A stretch of 64,000 nt of DNA. Origin: Salpingoeca rosetta. Lineage: Eukaryota; Protista; Choanoflagellata. The translations under genes and the position numbers were made by a program. This document shows positions 1 through 30,570 of the stretch, piece after piece. The notes below the pieces were generated by a model. That model worked only from the letters and a program-made list of their open reading frames with translations. It did no database searches and was not told the origin of the DNA. The DNA lies in the NCBI GenBank assembly GCA_033442325.1, contig JAWQFM010000022.1, forward strand, positions 248,001 through 312,000, read 5' to 3'. The stretch's first letter is position 1; each line of letters opens with the position of its first letter.

Positions 1-25
1 TGTACATCAACAATTCAGCCGTTCA

Positions 26-4890
<4,865 letters not shown>

Positions 4891-5183
4891 GCTGGTGCGT
4901 GTGTGTGCCTGTGTCTGTGTTTGTTGGTTGTCTGTGGTCGTATGACTTGCGCGGTTGTCGTCTGCTTGTGTCGTCAGTCAATTGCCGTCTGTTTGTGTTG
5001 TCTGCTTGTGTTGGGCTTCGTTTATGTCAGGACAAATGCATCACCATCACCAGCATCCCTTCACACACACCATCACTTCCACTCCAACCCACAAGCAACC
5101 AGTGCCAGTTGTGCACAGTCATCTTCGTCCAACACCCACAATGATGAGTCATCAATAACCAAAACGCCGATGACTCATCACAT

Positions 5184-6243
5184 TCACATCTTTGCCACGA
5201 GCAGCGCTGAGCCGTGGATAGTGCTGGGTGACGTGGACATGGACGTGAAGGTGGAGGTGGAGGAGGTGATGTCAAGCCATCCGCCACGCGACACCACAAA
5301 CGACCCGCTGCTGTCGTCATCGGCATCATCATCATCAGCATCGTCGTCGGCATTGGTAGCATGGCCTGCGAGTACGTTGGTGAGCACGGCGCCTTCGTCC
5401 AGCCCGCACTTCCACACGGGCAACACGATCGCGGCTGCTCGCTGGCCTTCCTCAGCCGTGCTCGCAGTTGTTGCGATGGTACCACCGGACCGCACAGCGA
5501 CGCAGATGACCACAGTGCCCGCGAGCCACCGAGCAAACGCAAACACGTCGCCGTGCGCATACAGCGGCACATATGCGCCGTACTGCAGCGCGGGCGTGGC
5601 CTTGCGGACAGCAACAAGCCGCTGGTAGTGCGCAAACAGGTCCTGGCGCCATTCCTGCCGGTTCCAGGGGAAGCAGCGGCGGCAGTCCGGGTCCTTGCCA
5701 CCCTCCACGCCAACCTCATCGCCATAATAAATGCAGGGCGTGCCAGGGTACGCAAACAGCACTGTGGCGGCGGCCTTGAGCTTGGCAACGTCGCCCCCAA
5801 GCAGCGTCAGCATGCGCGGCGTGTCGTGGCTGTCGAGTTGGTTGAACAGGGCCAGCTGGTTTTCCCACGGTATCTTGGCGCGCGACTCGCACAGCCACGA
5901 TGAGAGCTCGCTGGCGTCCAGGTGGATGGGGTCGCCAATCAGGTCGGTGCCGGCGAAGAACGCGCGCATGGGATGCAGGAACGTGTAGTACGCCATGCAC
6001 CCGTCCTCCTGGTCACCTTGCAGCCACTGCCAATGATGGTGGGAGGGGGAAGAAAATGAAGGGGATGAGGGAGACGAGGGAAAGGTGAACATGGAAGACG
6101 AGAGCGCACGTGGAAGATAAGCAGCAGCAAAGAACAAACAACTGGCACATACTTCACGCGCAAATATCCAGCCACACACGCGCGTACGCACTTGTGCATC
6201 AGCACATGTATATGCACAACACAACAACACAACACAACAACAC

Positions 6244-6302
<59 letters not shown>

Positions 6303-8619
6303 ACCTGGGTTGCCTCGTAGAAGTGTTCGCCGAGGACGTAGGCCTGCGGGTTGGTTTCCTTGGTGGCCTGGCGGAACTGACGCACGTAAAAGGCGTTGTT
6401 GGTGGCGTTGGCACCTTCGCCCAGCATGTGGATGACATCGAAGCGCCAGCCGTCAATGGCATATGGCGGCCGCAGCCAGTGCCGAATTACAGCCCGCTCC
6501 TCCGCATACAGGTACGCGCGCACTTGCGGGTTGGCCAGGTTCAGCTTGGGCAGGCTGTCGTACCCGAGCCAGGCCACGTAATCATCGCCCTTGCCCATGT
6601 CAGCACCGCCTTCTACCACCACCTCTTCCGCTTCCAGCACCTCATCTGCTTCAGTGTCCACAACGGCCCGCGCTTCGCCTGATGTCCCCTCTTCTTGCTC
6701 TCCTCCTCCTTCACTGCTCGTGTCGTCATGACGGCGCGTGCGGCGGTGGCGGCGGTGCAGGAAGAAGTAAAAGTCGCGGAAGGGAGACGTTGGGTTCTGG
6801 AATGCACCCGTCGACCGCGCCAGCGTACCACCATCGCCATCACGACCGCCATCACCATCAGCATCATCAGCATCAGCATCAGGGTCGCCACGGCCGCTGT
6901 TTGTACCACCACCATCACCACCACCATCATGAGTGTGTGCAGTGTCAACAGCAGCGTCGTGGCTGCCAGCCGTGACCTTGCTGTGCGAGTGTGGTGGTCG
7001 TGGCGACGTGGCAACAGGTGCGCGGGTGGCGGTGGTGACGGCGCCGGATGGCACGTGTTTGATGGCATCGCCATACTTGTCGAACCAGTGGTGGTGCACG
7101 CTCGTGTGGTTGAGCACCGCGTCCAGAATGATGCGCATGCCACGCGCGTGCACGTCTTTGCAGAGGTGCTGCAGTGCCCCGTTGCCGCCCAGGTGCGGGT
7201 CTACGTTCATGTAGTCGACGGTGTCGTACTTGTGGTTGGAGAGAGACGTGAAGACCGGGTTGAGGTACAGCGCAGTGACGCCCAGCTCGTCGCAGAGGTA
7301 CGAGAGCCTGTTGCGGACACCAATGAGATCACCGCCGTAAAACTCGCTGCAGCGCGCCTCGTCCGTGTCTGTCACGGGCTGCCCCCACTCCCGCGCGTGC
7401 ACGGGGTGGCCCAGATACAGGTACTCGCCCTCCTTCACGCTGATGCTCGGGTCGCCATTGCAGAACCGGTCGGGGAAGATCTGCACAGATGTGTGTGCGT
7501 GTGTGTGTGTGTGTGGGTTGGGGGGGGGGGGTTGAATGCATGCATGCACTGGGAGGTGTGGGGAATGGGCGTAGGGCCGCCCACAAGGGCCGCCCACACA
7601 CACACGCACACACACACACAAACACACACACACACACACACATACACCATATACACACACACACACAAACACACACACATATACACACACACACACAACA
7701 ACACACACATACACACACACACACACAACAACACACACAACACACACACAACACACACAAACCGACGAAATAAACAGCTCTCAATGCGAGTCCTTTACAT
7801 AGTTGTAAGCAGGGGACTGTATCCGCGACCAAATTCAGTTTGTCATCCGGCGCTTCAAAACAAGGAGAGAACCTTGAGTTCGTTACCACTATACACACAC
7901 ACACACAAACACACACACATATACACACACACACACACAAACACACACATACACACACACACACACACAAACACACACAAACACACACACAAACACACAC
8001 ACAAACACACATACATATATACCTGGTAGAAGACTTGGCTGGCGACCCAAGACGGTGGCTTGCAGGACTGGTTGTAGCGAAAGTGGTACTCCTTGCCAGG
8101 AAGACGCGGCACGAGCTCGCCACGCGCATCCAGCCACCACTGGCGGCGCCCCTGAATGAACTTGAACACGTAGTGCGTCTGGTCGCGGTCCTCGTTGAGC
8201 GGGATGCACGCACACCAGAAGCACAAGCGCGAAGAGCGGACGCGTGGCGGTGTCAGCTCCAGCACGCCCTCATCACCACCACCACCATCGTCGTCGTCGT
8301 TGCCGTTGGCGGCGGTGGCGGTGGCTGTGTGTGATTGAGTGTTGCTGTCAGGCTGTGGGTCAGCCTCGGGTTGGTCGCTCAGCTTGAAAGAGTGGCGCTC
8401 GAGTGAAGACAGCTTCGCCATGGAAACGAGGTGCTCCTCGTTGTCTGGGTCGCAGCGGACCGCGACGCGATCAAACGCAAAGCCTTGCGACTCACCACCA
8501 TCACCACCAACGTCATCTTCATCCAGCGGCGCCGTTGCCAGCCACACAAGAAGCTGCGGCTTGTGCTTGCCAACAGGGCTCGCCCATTCGCTCGTCTGCC
8601 CATGGAACGCAAAGAACAT
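5184..8619 (-). CDS. malZ: Maltodextrin glucosidase, GH13 MalZ-like (3 exons: 8619-8023, 7480-6305, 6026-5184)
   Basis: Motifs DNEE, 'PPSWVASQVFYQ|IFPDRF', FYGGDL, 'LGVTALYLNPVF..SNHKYDT', DAVLNH, GWRFDVIHMLGE (nucleophile D), GEHF (acid/base E), FNQLDSHD and 'PGTPCIYYGDEVG...DPDCR' are colinear with E. coli MalZ as recalled. Both introns are GT-AG and phase 0. Confidence 0.93.
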
Positions 8620-8866
8620 CTTCGACGCGGGCAGTATTGTGTTGTGACGCTGTGGTGTGTGGTGCTGGCGGTATGATAGGTGTGGTGTGTGATCTTGTGG
8701 TTGAGGCTGTTGTGGTGGTTGAGGAAGAAGAAGCAATGAAGCAGTGATCAATGATCATGTGTCGCACACAAGTTCAGAGAGTTTTCCCCAATAAAAAGCG
8801 AGCAAAAACAAACAAAGGCAACGCCGGAAGGACTCACTCTACTGCACTTTGTGGTGTTGCGTGAAG

Positions 8867-10010
8867 ATGAGCGGAACGGAGCAAGCAAACGTCGATGCGC
8901 TCTTCGCCCAGTTTGGGCTCTCGGTGCGTGGTCGTCGTCGTCGTGGCTTGAGCTGCGTCATGCGCAGACTACAAACAACCTCACGTGCATGTCAACCATC
9001 TCACACACATGCACACACACACATGCACACACACATGCGCGAAACAAACAAACAACAAACAGGCGGAGCTGGCGCGGATCAAAAAGCAACTGCAACAGGA
9101 TGGCCGGATGAAGAGGCCGTCACCGACGGGTTCCAAGGCGCCATCCCCGCCTGTCTCACACCAGGACACCACCTTCGAGGCCGTCCTGCAAGACCTCCCA
9201 GGTGTGTGTGTATGTGTGCGTGCGTGTGTGTGTGAGTGAGATTGTGTGAGAGTGAGAGAGAGATTGTGTGACGAGCATGTTGGCTCCCGCACTTCCACCC
9301 GCGTGTCAGAGTCCCTGTTTGTGTCTTTTTCTGCTCACACAAGCGTATTTACTTGACTTCCTGCCGCGTTGGTGTTTGGCAGGCAACAACAGGCCGGATC
9401 TCAGCGACAACTGCACGTGAGCGCCAAAACCCGCTGCGTTGCTCCCTCTGTGTCTATCGCATGCGCTCCAATGCCCCTCATCATACATGCGTTCGTGTCT
9501 GCTTCGTACGTTCGTGTCTGTCGCTTTTTGGGTGTGTGTGTGTGTGTGTGTCTAGGTTGCACAGCGTCTTGAGCAATCCAGGGGTTCGAAGAGACATGAC
9601 CAGCATCTCCAGCAGCCAGTTCCGCAAATCCTTTCGCTTCCTGGAGCCGGTCGGTTTGTGTTGGAAGGAGGAGGGGGTAGGGTATTGTGTGGGTTGCTTT
9701 ACTGCCTATCCTTTCATCTCTGTCTTCTTTTTTGCTCTTCTCACTACATGTACATGCGCACTCACTCACTCGCTCGCTCACTTACACTCACACTCACACG
9801 CACACGCACGAAATATTGCTCGCAACTCTGTGTGCAGGCTCAAGATGCATACGGCATCACAGAGGGGCCGAGCGAGGTCGAACACACACGACGCACGCCG
9901 TCGTCACAGCCGCAATCACAGTCACAATCGCGCGCGAGGGAAAGTGCGGAGGTGAAAACAGAGGAGCAGGAAGAGCCGCCAGTTGTGGGACGCCCCGTCC
10001 TCACAGAAAC

Positions 10011-10067
<57 letters not shown>

Positions 10068-10424
10068 CGTGCGTGCGTCAGCTTGTGCTTTGGACCGCGA
10101 AAGGAGAAGAGTGAGGCACAATTGGTTTTCATATGCACTTGGTTGAGCATCATCAAGTGTACTCACGCGCTTGTACGTGGTCGCGGCTGCAGACACAACA
10201 CCGCGGCCCATGGCAAAGCTGCGGATATCGCTCAAGGGAACAACAGCGGTGCGTTGGCTAAGGGATGGAGAGAAGGTGGTGGTATTGTGGTATTTGTGGG
10301 GGGGGGGGTGGTGGCGGTGAGGAGAGAGGGGGAGATGTCGAAAGGTTGGCTGGGGTCGGCTCTTGCTTGTCATGGTTGGTTGGTTGGTCAACTTGATCTC
10401 ACATGGATGTCTGTGCAACCGCTG

Positions 10425-10513
<89 letters not shown>

Positions 10514-10526
10514 CACACTCACACAC

Positions 10527-10569
<43 letters not shown>

Positions 10570-10608
10570 CGTACAAACAAACACACAAACGCGTACAAAC
10601 AAACACAC

Positions 10609-10647
<39 letters not shown>

Positions 10648-11197
10648 CACACACACGCGCGCGCGCATTTGTTAGAGTGTGTCGGGTGGTGGCGGCGAGA
10701 GGAAGCGAGCAAAGCGTGGTGGTGGCGGTGCAGGGTGAAAGGCAATACATAATAAACGACGGCAATTTGATGTCATATCGTACTACGCTTGGCAAGACCG
10801 ATGATGGTCGTGTCCCGACCACAACACACCACATGCCCTTGTCATCCCTACTTCCCCCCCCCCCTTTAATGTTCCTCGTTGCCTTGTCTTTCGTTTCTCT
10901 CTTCGTCATCATGCCAATCCGCCTCTTCCTGCACGCACCCGCCCTCCCACCGTTGACCGAATCCTTTGTACCGCCTTCTGTTATCTTTGGTCAAATCACC
11001 TCCTTGTCATGTGTGCTCCATCTTCCCACCCTCCCACCAAACCCAAAGCTTGGCATGCAACCAAGCACACTGTTGCACGTTTTACTTCTGTACGTGATCT
11101 GAGGCTTCGCTACAAGGGCAACAAACAAATGGAAACACTCGTTCAGCCAATCCAACCAACACAAGAGCACTCAGCCAACCCACATCCAGTACCATAG
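8867..11197 (+). CDS. Hypothetical protein (about 8 small exons)
   Basis: ATG 8867 '[19 protein letters not shown]|[10 protein letters not shown]...'. In-frame GT-AG exons can be chained (...[10 protein letters not shown]|AQDAYG...|[18 protein letters not shown]...|[12 protein letters not shown]...) to TAG at 11197. No family recognised. Confidence 0.55.
10428..10656. repeat. (CA)n microsatellite, intronic
   Basis: Long interrupted CA tract. Confidence 0.97.
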
Positions 11198-11244
11198 CCC
11201 CCCCCCCCTCCGAAACACACACACACACACACACACACGCACCA

Positions 11245-23745
<12,501 letters not shown>

Positions 23746-24096
23746 TTTACACGTCGGGTCGTGTGTCGAGCGCCCTTATAGCTACGCTTTGCCACCACGA
23801 TGAGTATGACGAACGTGTTGTTGAGCAGAAGGGTCGTCGTCCACAAGCACAGCAAGTGTGCTTGTTTGCCTTGATTTGCCGAAAATTATTTACTTCACCG
23901 CAACTCTTCCATAACTGCTGCTGGTTTGGTGGACCGCCAACAACGCACAAACCAAACTCCCTTCCTTGCTTGCGAGCCTTTCTTCCTTCCTTGCTGTGCT
24001 TGCTTCCTTTCCTTCCTTTCTTCTTTGCTTGTTTGCTTCACTTGCTGTTGGCTTGCTTGACTGTTTCTGTCTCTATCTGTTTGTGGTTGGCGCATC
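23746..24096. promoter_or_regulatory. Putative bidirectional promoter, BTAF1/IER3IP1
   Basis: 351-bp microsatellite-free, AT-richer spacer between divergent ATGs. Confidence 0.55.
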
Positions 24097-24771
24097 ATGT
24101 TTATGCTTGGGTCGCTGTTTGAGGCGGCGTTGTTGTTAGTCAACGCTGTCGCCATCCTTCAAGACACAACCCCGAGTTTGCACGAAGGGAGGCCGCCAGT
24201 CAAACGATTCCTTGCAAAGAGTGAGTCCTGTGTGTGCGTGCGTGCGTGCGTGCGTGTGTTTGTGCGTGCGTGTGTGCGTGTGTGTGTGTGTGTTTGTGTG
24301 CGTGCGTGTGTGTGTGTGTGTTGTGATTGTTTGCTATGTGCTTTTTTTTTGCTTTGTGTGTGTGTGTGCCGCTTGTTTGCTGCTCTCTGGTTTGTTCCAG
24401 CACACCAGTCGTGCTGACGGCACATGCAACACATTCACGATGCAACTGCAGTGGGATGGACGCATGCTGAGGACGAAACAAGCGTCAAGGGAAAGATTAT
24501 CACCATGATTAACGCCGTCAGAACACTCATGAGATGTAAGTACAACGCTGATGTCACGGCAGGTGTACCATGCCGTGTGTGTGTGTGTGTGTGTGTGTGT
24601 GGTGTGGGTGTGGGTGTGGGTGTGTTTGTGCGTGTGTCCCGTAACTTGCAAGTGTTTTTGTCACCATCATACAGCACTCACTTCTTCGCTCCTCCTCTTG
24701 TCCCACCCCTGGCAGTGCCTTTGATCTTCGTCAACTTGCTTGTTGCGGTGTACCTCATTCTCGCTGGTTAA
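24097..24771 (+). CDS. IER3IP1: Yos1/IER3IP1 ER-Golgi membrane protein (exons 24097-24220, 24452-24535, 24716-24771)
   Basis: Spliced product 'MFMLGSLFEAALLLVNAVAIL...RFLAKMGW...SVKGKIITMINAVRTLMRLPLIFVNLLVAVYLILAG*' carries the Yos1 signatures (NAxAIL, RFLxKxGW, VRTLMRxPLI, terminal G). Confidence 0.93.
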
Positions 24772-25221
24772 GTGGGCGCTTCCGCTGATGCAAGCTACGC
24801 GATTCAGTAAAATTGGAGCAACGATGGCGTCGCTGTTACACGCGCTTGCGCTGCTCCACTGGCGATTGTGGCAACCAACTTGCTGATGTATTTGTTGATC
24901 ATGTACTCGGATACATGCAATGCCCCGTGGCTGCTCTCTTGGGCTGATTGCTTTGTTTGCTCGATGGAATGGGCTGGTTTGTTGGGTTCGTTGATGTGCA
25001 TTGGTTTGTTTGATATGCACAGAGACTTGAGGCATGAACGTGTAAGTAAAAGACAGCAATGAAGCAAGGCAGAAGAACAAGACGTCAATATCGAAACTAG
25101 AAGCAGCCCACAAGAAAACAAAGGTGGGACAGGAAGTGACTGGGCACGCAAGACACGCAACAGCTTAACAGCAGCCGTCACACAACGCCATCGCACCGCT
25201 GCAAGCCATGCTCGCATACCC

Positions 25222-25268
<47 letters not shown>

Positions 25269-25283
25269 ACGCGCGCGTGTGCA

Positions 25284-26498
25284 CTATTGGAACATCTCCT
25301 CTTCCTCCATGCAGTCCTCCTCATCCTCTTCATCCCCAATGTCGAGATCCTCAAAGCCGTCAACGGACTCGGCGCCATCCGCATCATCGTCATCCTCGTC
25401 ATTGGTGGCGGGGGTGGCGGGCGGTGGTGCAACTTGCTCCTGCTCCTGCTGCTGCTGCTGCTCCTGCTGCTGCTTTGCCTCCTCTTGCTGCTGTTCCTCG
25501 TCTTGCAGTTCTTCCTCCTGTTGCTCTGGTTGCGTTGGCGTGGTGTCTTCGCTGCTGTTGGCCTTCTCTTCCGCAGTGTTCTTGGCGTTCTCATCACCAT
25601 CACCATCACCATCACCATCACCATCACCATCATCATCACCATCATCATCGCCAACACCATCATCTTCGTCGTCACCGTCTAGGGAGGAGTCGATGTCGCT
25701 GAGGGAGTCTGGCTCGTCAGGGTTGGCCGCCTGCGCTACGCACTTGCTGCACCCGCACTCAAACAGATACCCGCGTCTGCAGCGTGCAGGGAGGGGATGG
25801 GGATGGGTTGGATGGTTGGATTGGGGGGGGGGGTGGGATGGGTGGAGCGGGTGAGCACGGAACTCAACGACAACAACAGACGGGCGCACACGACACGAGC
25901 AGCTGCTGCTGTTCGCGTATGTTCATGTACATGCGCACGCAAATGCACTCAGAGAGTGTAGCGGCATGATGATCATCACCACCACCATTACCACCACCAC
26001 CATTGCCATCACCATTGCCATCACCTGAGTTCGTCCCAGCGGTCGTTTCTGCTGGCGGAGAGAAGCTGGTCGTCAAGATACGAAATAAACACCTCCTAAT
26101 GGTGGCGGTGGTGGTGATGGTGTTGTTGTTGGCGGTGAGAAGAAGAGCGATAACTGTTGGTGGTGCTGTGGGTGGTGCTGTGGGTGGTGCTGTAGGGAAC
26201 GAGCAGTGCAGTGACAATCAGCGCCTCCCAGCAGTCAACAATTTCAACCCTGCACACAACCAGCACTGCAACAATAACAACAAACACTTCACCACCACAA
26301 CTACAACCAACAAATTACGACTACAACAGCGAGCTAATCCCACCGCACCTCGCCCTTTGCAATGGCCGTTGTTGCGACGACCTCCACGGTGCAGTCGCCA
26401 TATTTGAACTGGCACTCCGCATTCGCCTCGCAGCTGTGGTTGCCTGCAAGCAAGGGCATTGGTAGTGACAACAGGGCGTGAGAAGGTGATGCAACGAT

Positions 26499-26558
<60 letters not shown>

Positions 26559-26685
26559 TGTGTGTGTGTGTTTGCGTGTGTGTGTGTGTTTGCGTGTGTG
26601 TGTGTGTGTGTGTGTTCGCGTGTGTGTGTGTGTGTTTGCGTGTGTGTGTGTGTGTGTGTTCGCGTGTATGTGTGTGTGTGTGTGC

Positions 26686-26719
<34 letters not shown>

Positions 26720-27273
26720 ACGCGCGCTTTTGTGCAGTACAGCTAAGCATGTCACAGCACAGCTAAGCGTATCACGGTACAGGACGCAGCAAGCTCCATG
26801 TATTGCCATCAGACGTACATGCGCTCTGGTGGAAGAAGATTCCCGTTCCCTCCGCGTCCAGAAACTCGCCGCTGTCTGCTCGCACACATGCATTATGCAC
26901 ATGGAGCGATCATGGTGAGCGGTTCGACAAGAGAGATACGTGGCCTTGAGCGAGACAGACGAAATAGTCACGTCAAACCTTCTGTGCATACATGTGTGTG
27001 CATGTGCGCGCATGTGTGTGCGTGTGTGTGTGTGTATGTGTGTGTGTCCGTCTGTCTGCCTGTCCGTGTGTGTGCTTCAATGCAGTGCACTCACGCTCAA
27101 ACATGACTTCGTAGACATTGTCCATGAAGTCGCTCGCCTGAACCAACGTTACCGCCACAACCGGGCACATGCAAGAGCATGAAGTGAGCGAGCGAACAGG
27201 GAAGTGCAGCGAGCACCTCATGACAATCAGTAACGACCACACAACCTTGTCACCAATCCACCACCCGATGTAC

Positions 27274-27348
<75 letters not shown>

Positions 27349-27958
27349 GCTGTGGTCGTCACCTCCTGGCGCTCGTCATCGGAAATGGACGCCTGCGCAA
27401 GCGCAATATCGTACTGCGACACAGAACTGCACCAGAGAGAGAGAGACGCGCACGAAGGAATAGGTGAGTTGAACCACGCAAACCAGTCAGCCACGTGGTA
27501 TCAGGCAAAGCGCACATGCGCAAACACACGATCGTGCGTATGTGCTGAAGATTCTTGCTGCTCCCCTGTCTCTCTTCCGTTAACACACACGCACACACAC
27601 AGACATTTCACACACACACACAGACATTTCACACACACACACACACACTCGCACACACTCTCTTCACACCGCACTTCACTTTGCTCCCCCCCCTCCCAAT
27701 CGCCCAGCGTTGACGGCTGACCTTGACCCGATGCCGAGGGAGTTGAGGCCAAGCAGCGCCCACAGCTCAAGATACCTCTCCGTCGCCCACTGCGACGCAC
27801 ACACACACACACACACACACATGGACGCAAATGTAAGGGGTGCGCAGTGATGTTAAGGGGAGAACAAACAAGAGAAGGCATGAGTATGTGGTTCCGTTGC
27901 CGTATTTCTGCACATCCTCACATTCATACGTGCATACTAACACGCGCATACAAGCACC

Positions 27959-28008
<50 letters not shown>

Positions 28009-29577
28009 TACACACACACACAAATACACACAAATACACACACGTACACAAATACACACAAATACACACACGTACACAAACACATTGCTACACACCTGCA
28101 TGGCGAGGCCGATGTCGTGCTTGTCCGACCAGGAGTTGACAATGTCGATGATAAACGGCTGCATAGCGTGCACATGGTCGACGTGTGGCGGATCAAGCAG
28201 CTTGTGCGTGTGCATTTTCCCGCCAATCTCGGCCTTGGTGTGATGGCACAGCACGTCCAGTGCCTTTAGCGTCGTCGTGTCGCCCTGCCAACGCCGTGAC
28301 AAGTCGAGGACGCAGAGAGAGGTGATTGGTCGGGGCTCGCGCACATGCGGGCTAACACACACACGCACACACACGCACACACACACACACACACACTCTC
28401 TCTCTCTCACACACACACACGCACGCACGCACACACTCAAACCCCTGTTGCTTACGCTGACGAGCTGTGCGAGGAGCCGGACAATGAGCATGGCAGACGT
28501 CGTCTCCGGCGGCGTGTGCACTTGCCTGCAGTTGAGGCCATCACATGACACGCGCACACAATGGATGAGTATGTCAGTTGTTGGTCAACGGACAGCAGTG
28601 CTATCATGTGGTGCTGAGGAAATGGTGTTACATATGTGTGTGTGTGTGTATGCGCGCGTGTGGCGACACTGCGCTTGACAAGCAGGAAGCAAGTAAAGCA
28701 TGCAGACGTGCAGACGTGCAGATGCCATCGCATGCGCAGCGGGGGACATTGTACGAGAAAAGACAACTTCAACGAATACGGGCGTACATCCAGGCCTCTT
28801 CCAGGGCGGTGAGCAGGGCGGCGCGTTGGGGGTCGCCGGGACAGAGGACCTTGTGGTGCAGCTGCCATGCCTTGTCACGGCATGCCTCATTGCAATACAC
28901 CTCCTCGCACTGCGTGCAAGTCACGCGTTCCCGGCCGTTGTTTGGGCACAGCTCGGGGTGCGGCAGCTTCACGTCTTGCCCAGCAAGGCGGCTATCCAAT
29001 GGGCGTTGTGTCCCAAGCAAGCAAGAAAAAGACAGTCGTGGCAAAACCAAGGTGTGTGGGCCATGAATACAGGACCAATGCAAGTTCATTGCGGATGTGT
29101 GTGTGTGCATGCGTGTGCGTGTATGTGTGCGTGTGCGTGCATGCAGAAGTTGATGGTTAGGAAGACAACAGAAAGCTGTCGTGAACATCATGCAACAAAC
29201 ACGCTGAACTAAATGGGGTGATGTCGTGAGTGAAATGAGCACAACTCACGTGGCCATTGCCTCTGCAGACTCGAGGGAGCGAAGGCAGTGCGAGCACGCA
29301 ACATAGCCACACTTGCGATTCCAGGAAAACTGCCCAGCAAACACACACACACACACGCACACACACACACACACACGACAGACATAGCGCGCATGTGTGT
29401 GAGGAGCGTCAAGACGTGACTTGGCATCGAAACGCGCCACGTACGAAAGAGCGTCGTCACTGGCACATGCAGTGTCGACACAAGTTGGCTCACCTGCGCA
29501 CACACGAAAGGCGTGTCCTTCAGAACAACGTCGCCGACAATGTAGTCCTTGTCAGCCACCAGCCGCCGTTCCGTCAT
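25284..29577 (-). CDS. SMYD5: SET and MYND domain lysine methyltransferase, SMYD5 ortholog (about 12 exons)
   Basis: '[20 protein letters not shown]', 'LPHPELC', MYND 'CTQC...YCNEAC...HHKVLC', 'HTPPETTS', 'EFLDAEGTG...QSAC|NHSCEANA', 'ISYLD', post-SET '[10 protein letters not shown]' and a long acidic C-terminal tail typical of SMYD5. Confidence 0.92.
26499..26720. repeat. (GAT)n followed by (GT)n compound microsatellite in an SMYD5 intron
   Basis: About 20 GAT units followed by interrupted GT repeats. Confidence 0.95.
27274..27348. repeat. (CAT)n microsatellite, intronic
   Basis: About 25 CAT units. Confidence 0.95.
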
Positions 29578-29814
29578 GGTGCTTGTGTAAACAATTGGCA
29601 CAACGCGACGCTGCTCAGTGCAACCGAGAGTCGAAGACGGTGTGCTGTGTGCTGTGCTGTGTGCTTCCACGTGCCTGCTTGTTGCTTGTGCTTGTTTGTG
29701 TTTTGCTCCTTGCGGGCTTTTTACCAACGCCAGCTGAGTGTGTGGTAAATTCATGGACCGAGTTGGTAAAATCACTGAGCACGTTGGCAAAACCATCGCA
29801 GCAGTGCATGCAGG
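29578..29814. promoter_or_regulatory. Putative bidirectional promoter, SMYD5/EF-hand-metaxin
   Basis: 237-bp spacer between divergent ATGs, with repeated TGGTAAA/TTGGCAAA-like words. Confidence 0.5.
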
Positions 29815-30526
29815 ATGGCGGACGGTGACAAGATGCAGGAGCAGGTGGTGCGACGGCTGTTTCGAGCCTGGGACCTGGATGGAAACGGCTCCTTGTCGCA
29901 CACGGAGGTGAAGCGAGCCATCCGCGCGCACCCGGCGTTGCGCAAGCACATCACAAAGGAAGTTGGACCGCACTGGCAGGTAAGATGTTCAAGACACGCA
30001 TGTAGTGTATGTGTGTGTGTCTGTGTGTGCGTGTGCGTATGTGTGTGTGAGTGTGTCTGTGTGTGTCTGTGTGTGTATGTGTGTGTCTGTGTGTGTCTGT
30101 GTGTGTCTGTGTGTGTGTTGTGTGTGTGTGTGTATGTGTCTGCCTGTGTACGCACTTGTGTACATGTGTGCTTCGTACTGTCCTGCAGCCCCTTGGTGTC
30201 ACCGTTTGCCGTCGCCTTCGACCTACCTTCTTCGCCACCTGCGTGCCACCACCTTCTGCCGCTCATATGTGTGGTCTTCAATTCTACAGCAATTGTTTGA
30301 TGACTTGGACACGAACCATGATGGCATGATTGAGGAGCAAGAGCTGGCGGACTTCTTCCGCAAGCACGGCTTCAGCATCCCACTCACACTGGTGGAGGAC
30401 GTCATCAAATCAACCGAACAGCAACAACAACAACAGCAGCAGCAACAACAACAACAAGGGCAACAAGAGCCACGAGAGTCAGCTGCGACGCCTGCAGCCG
30501 CCACAATGAGCGCGCCACAGCAGCAG

Positions 30527-30570
<44 letters not shown>

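Noticed and set aside
8620-8751. N-terminal extension of MalZ given in the ORF track
   Set aside because: It begins at TTG. The first ATG (8619) matches the bacterial MalZ start.
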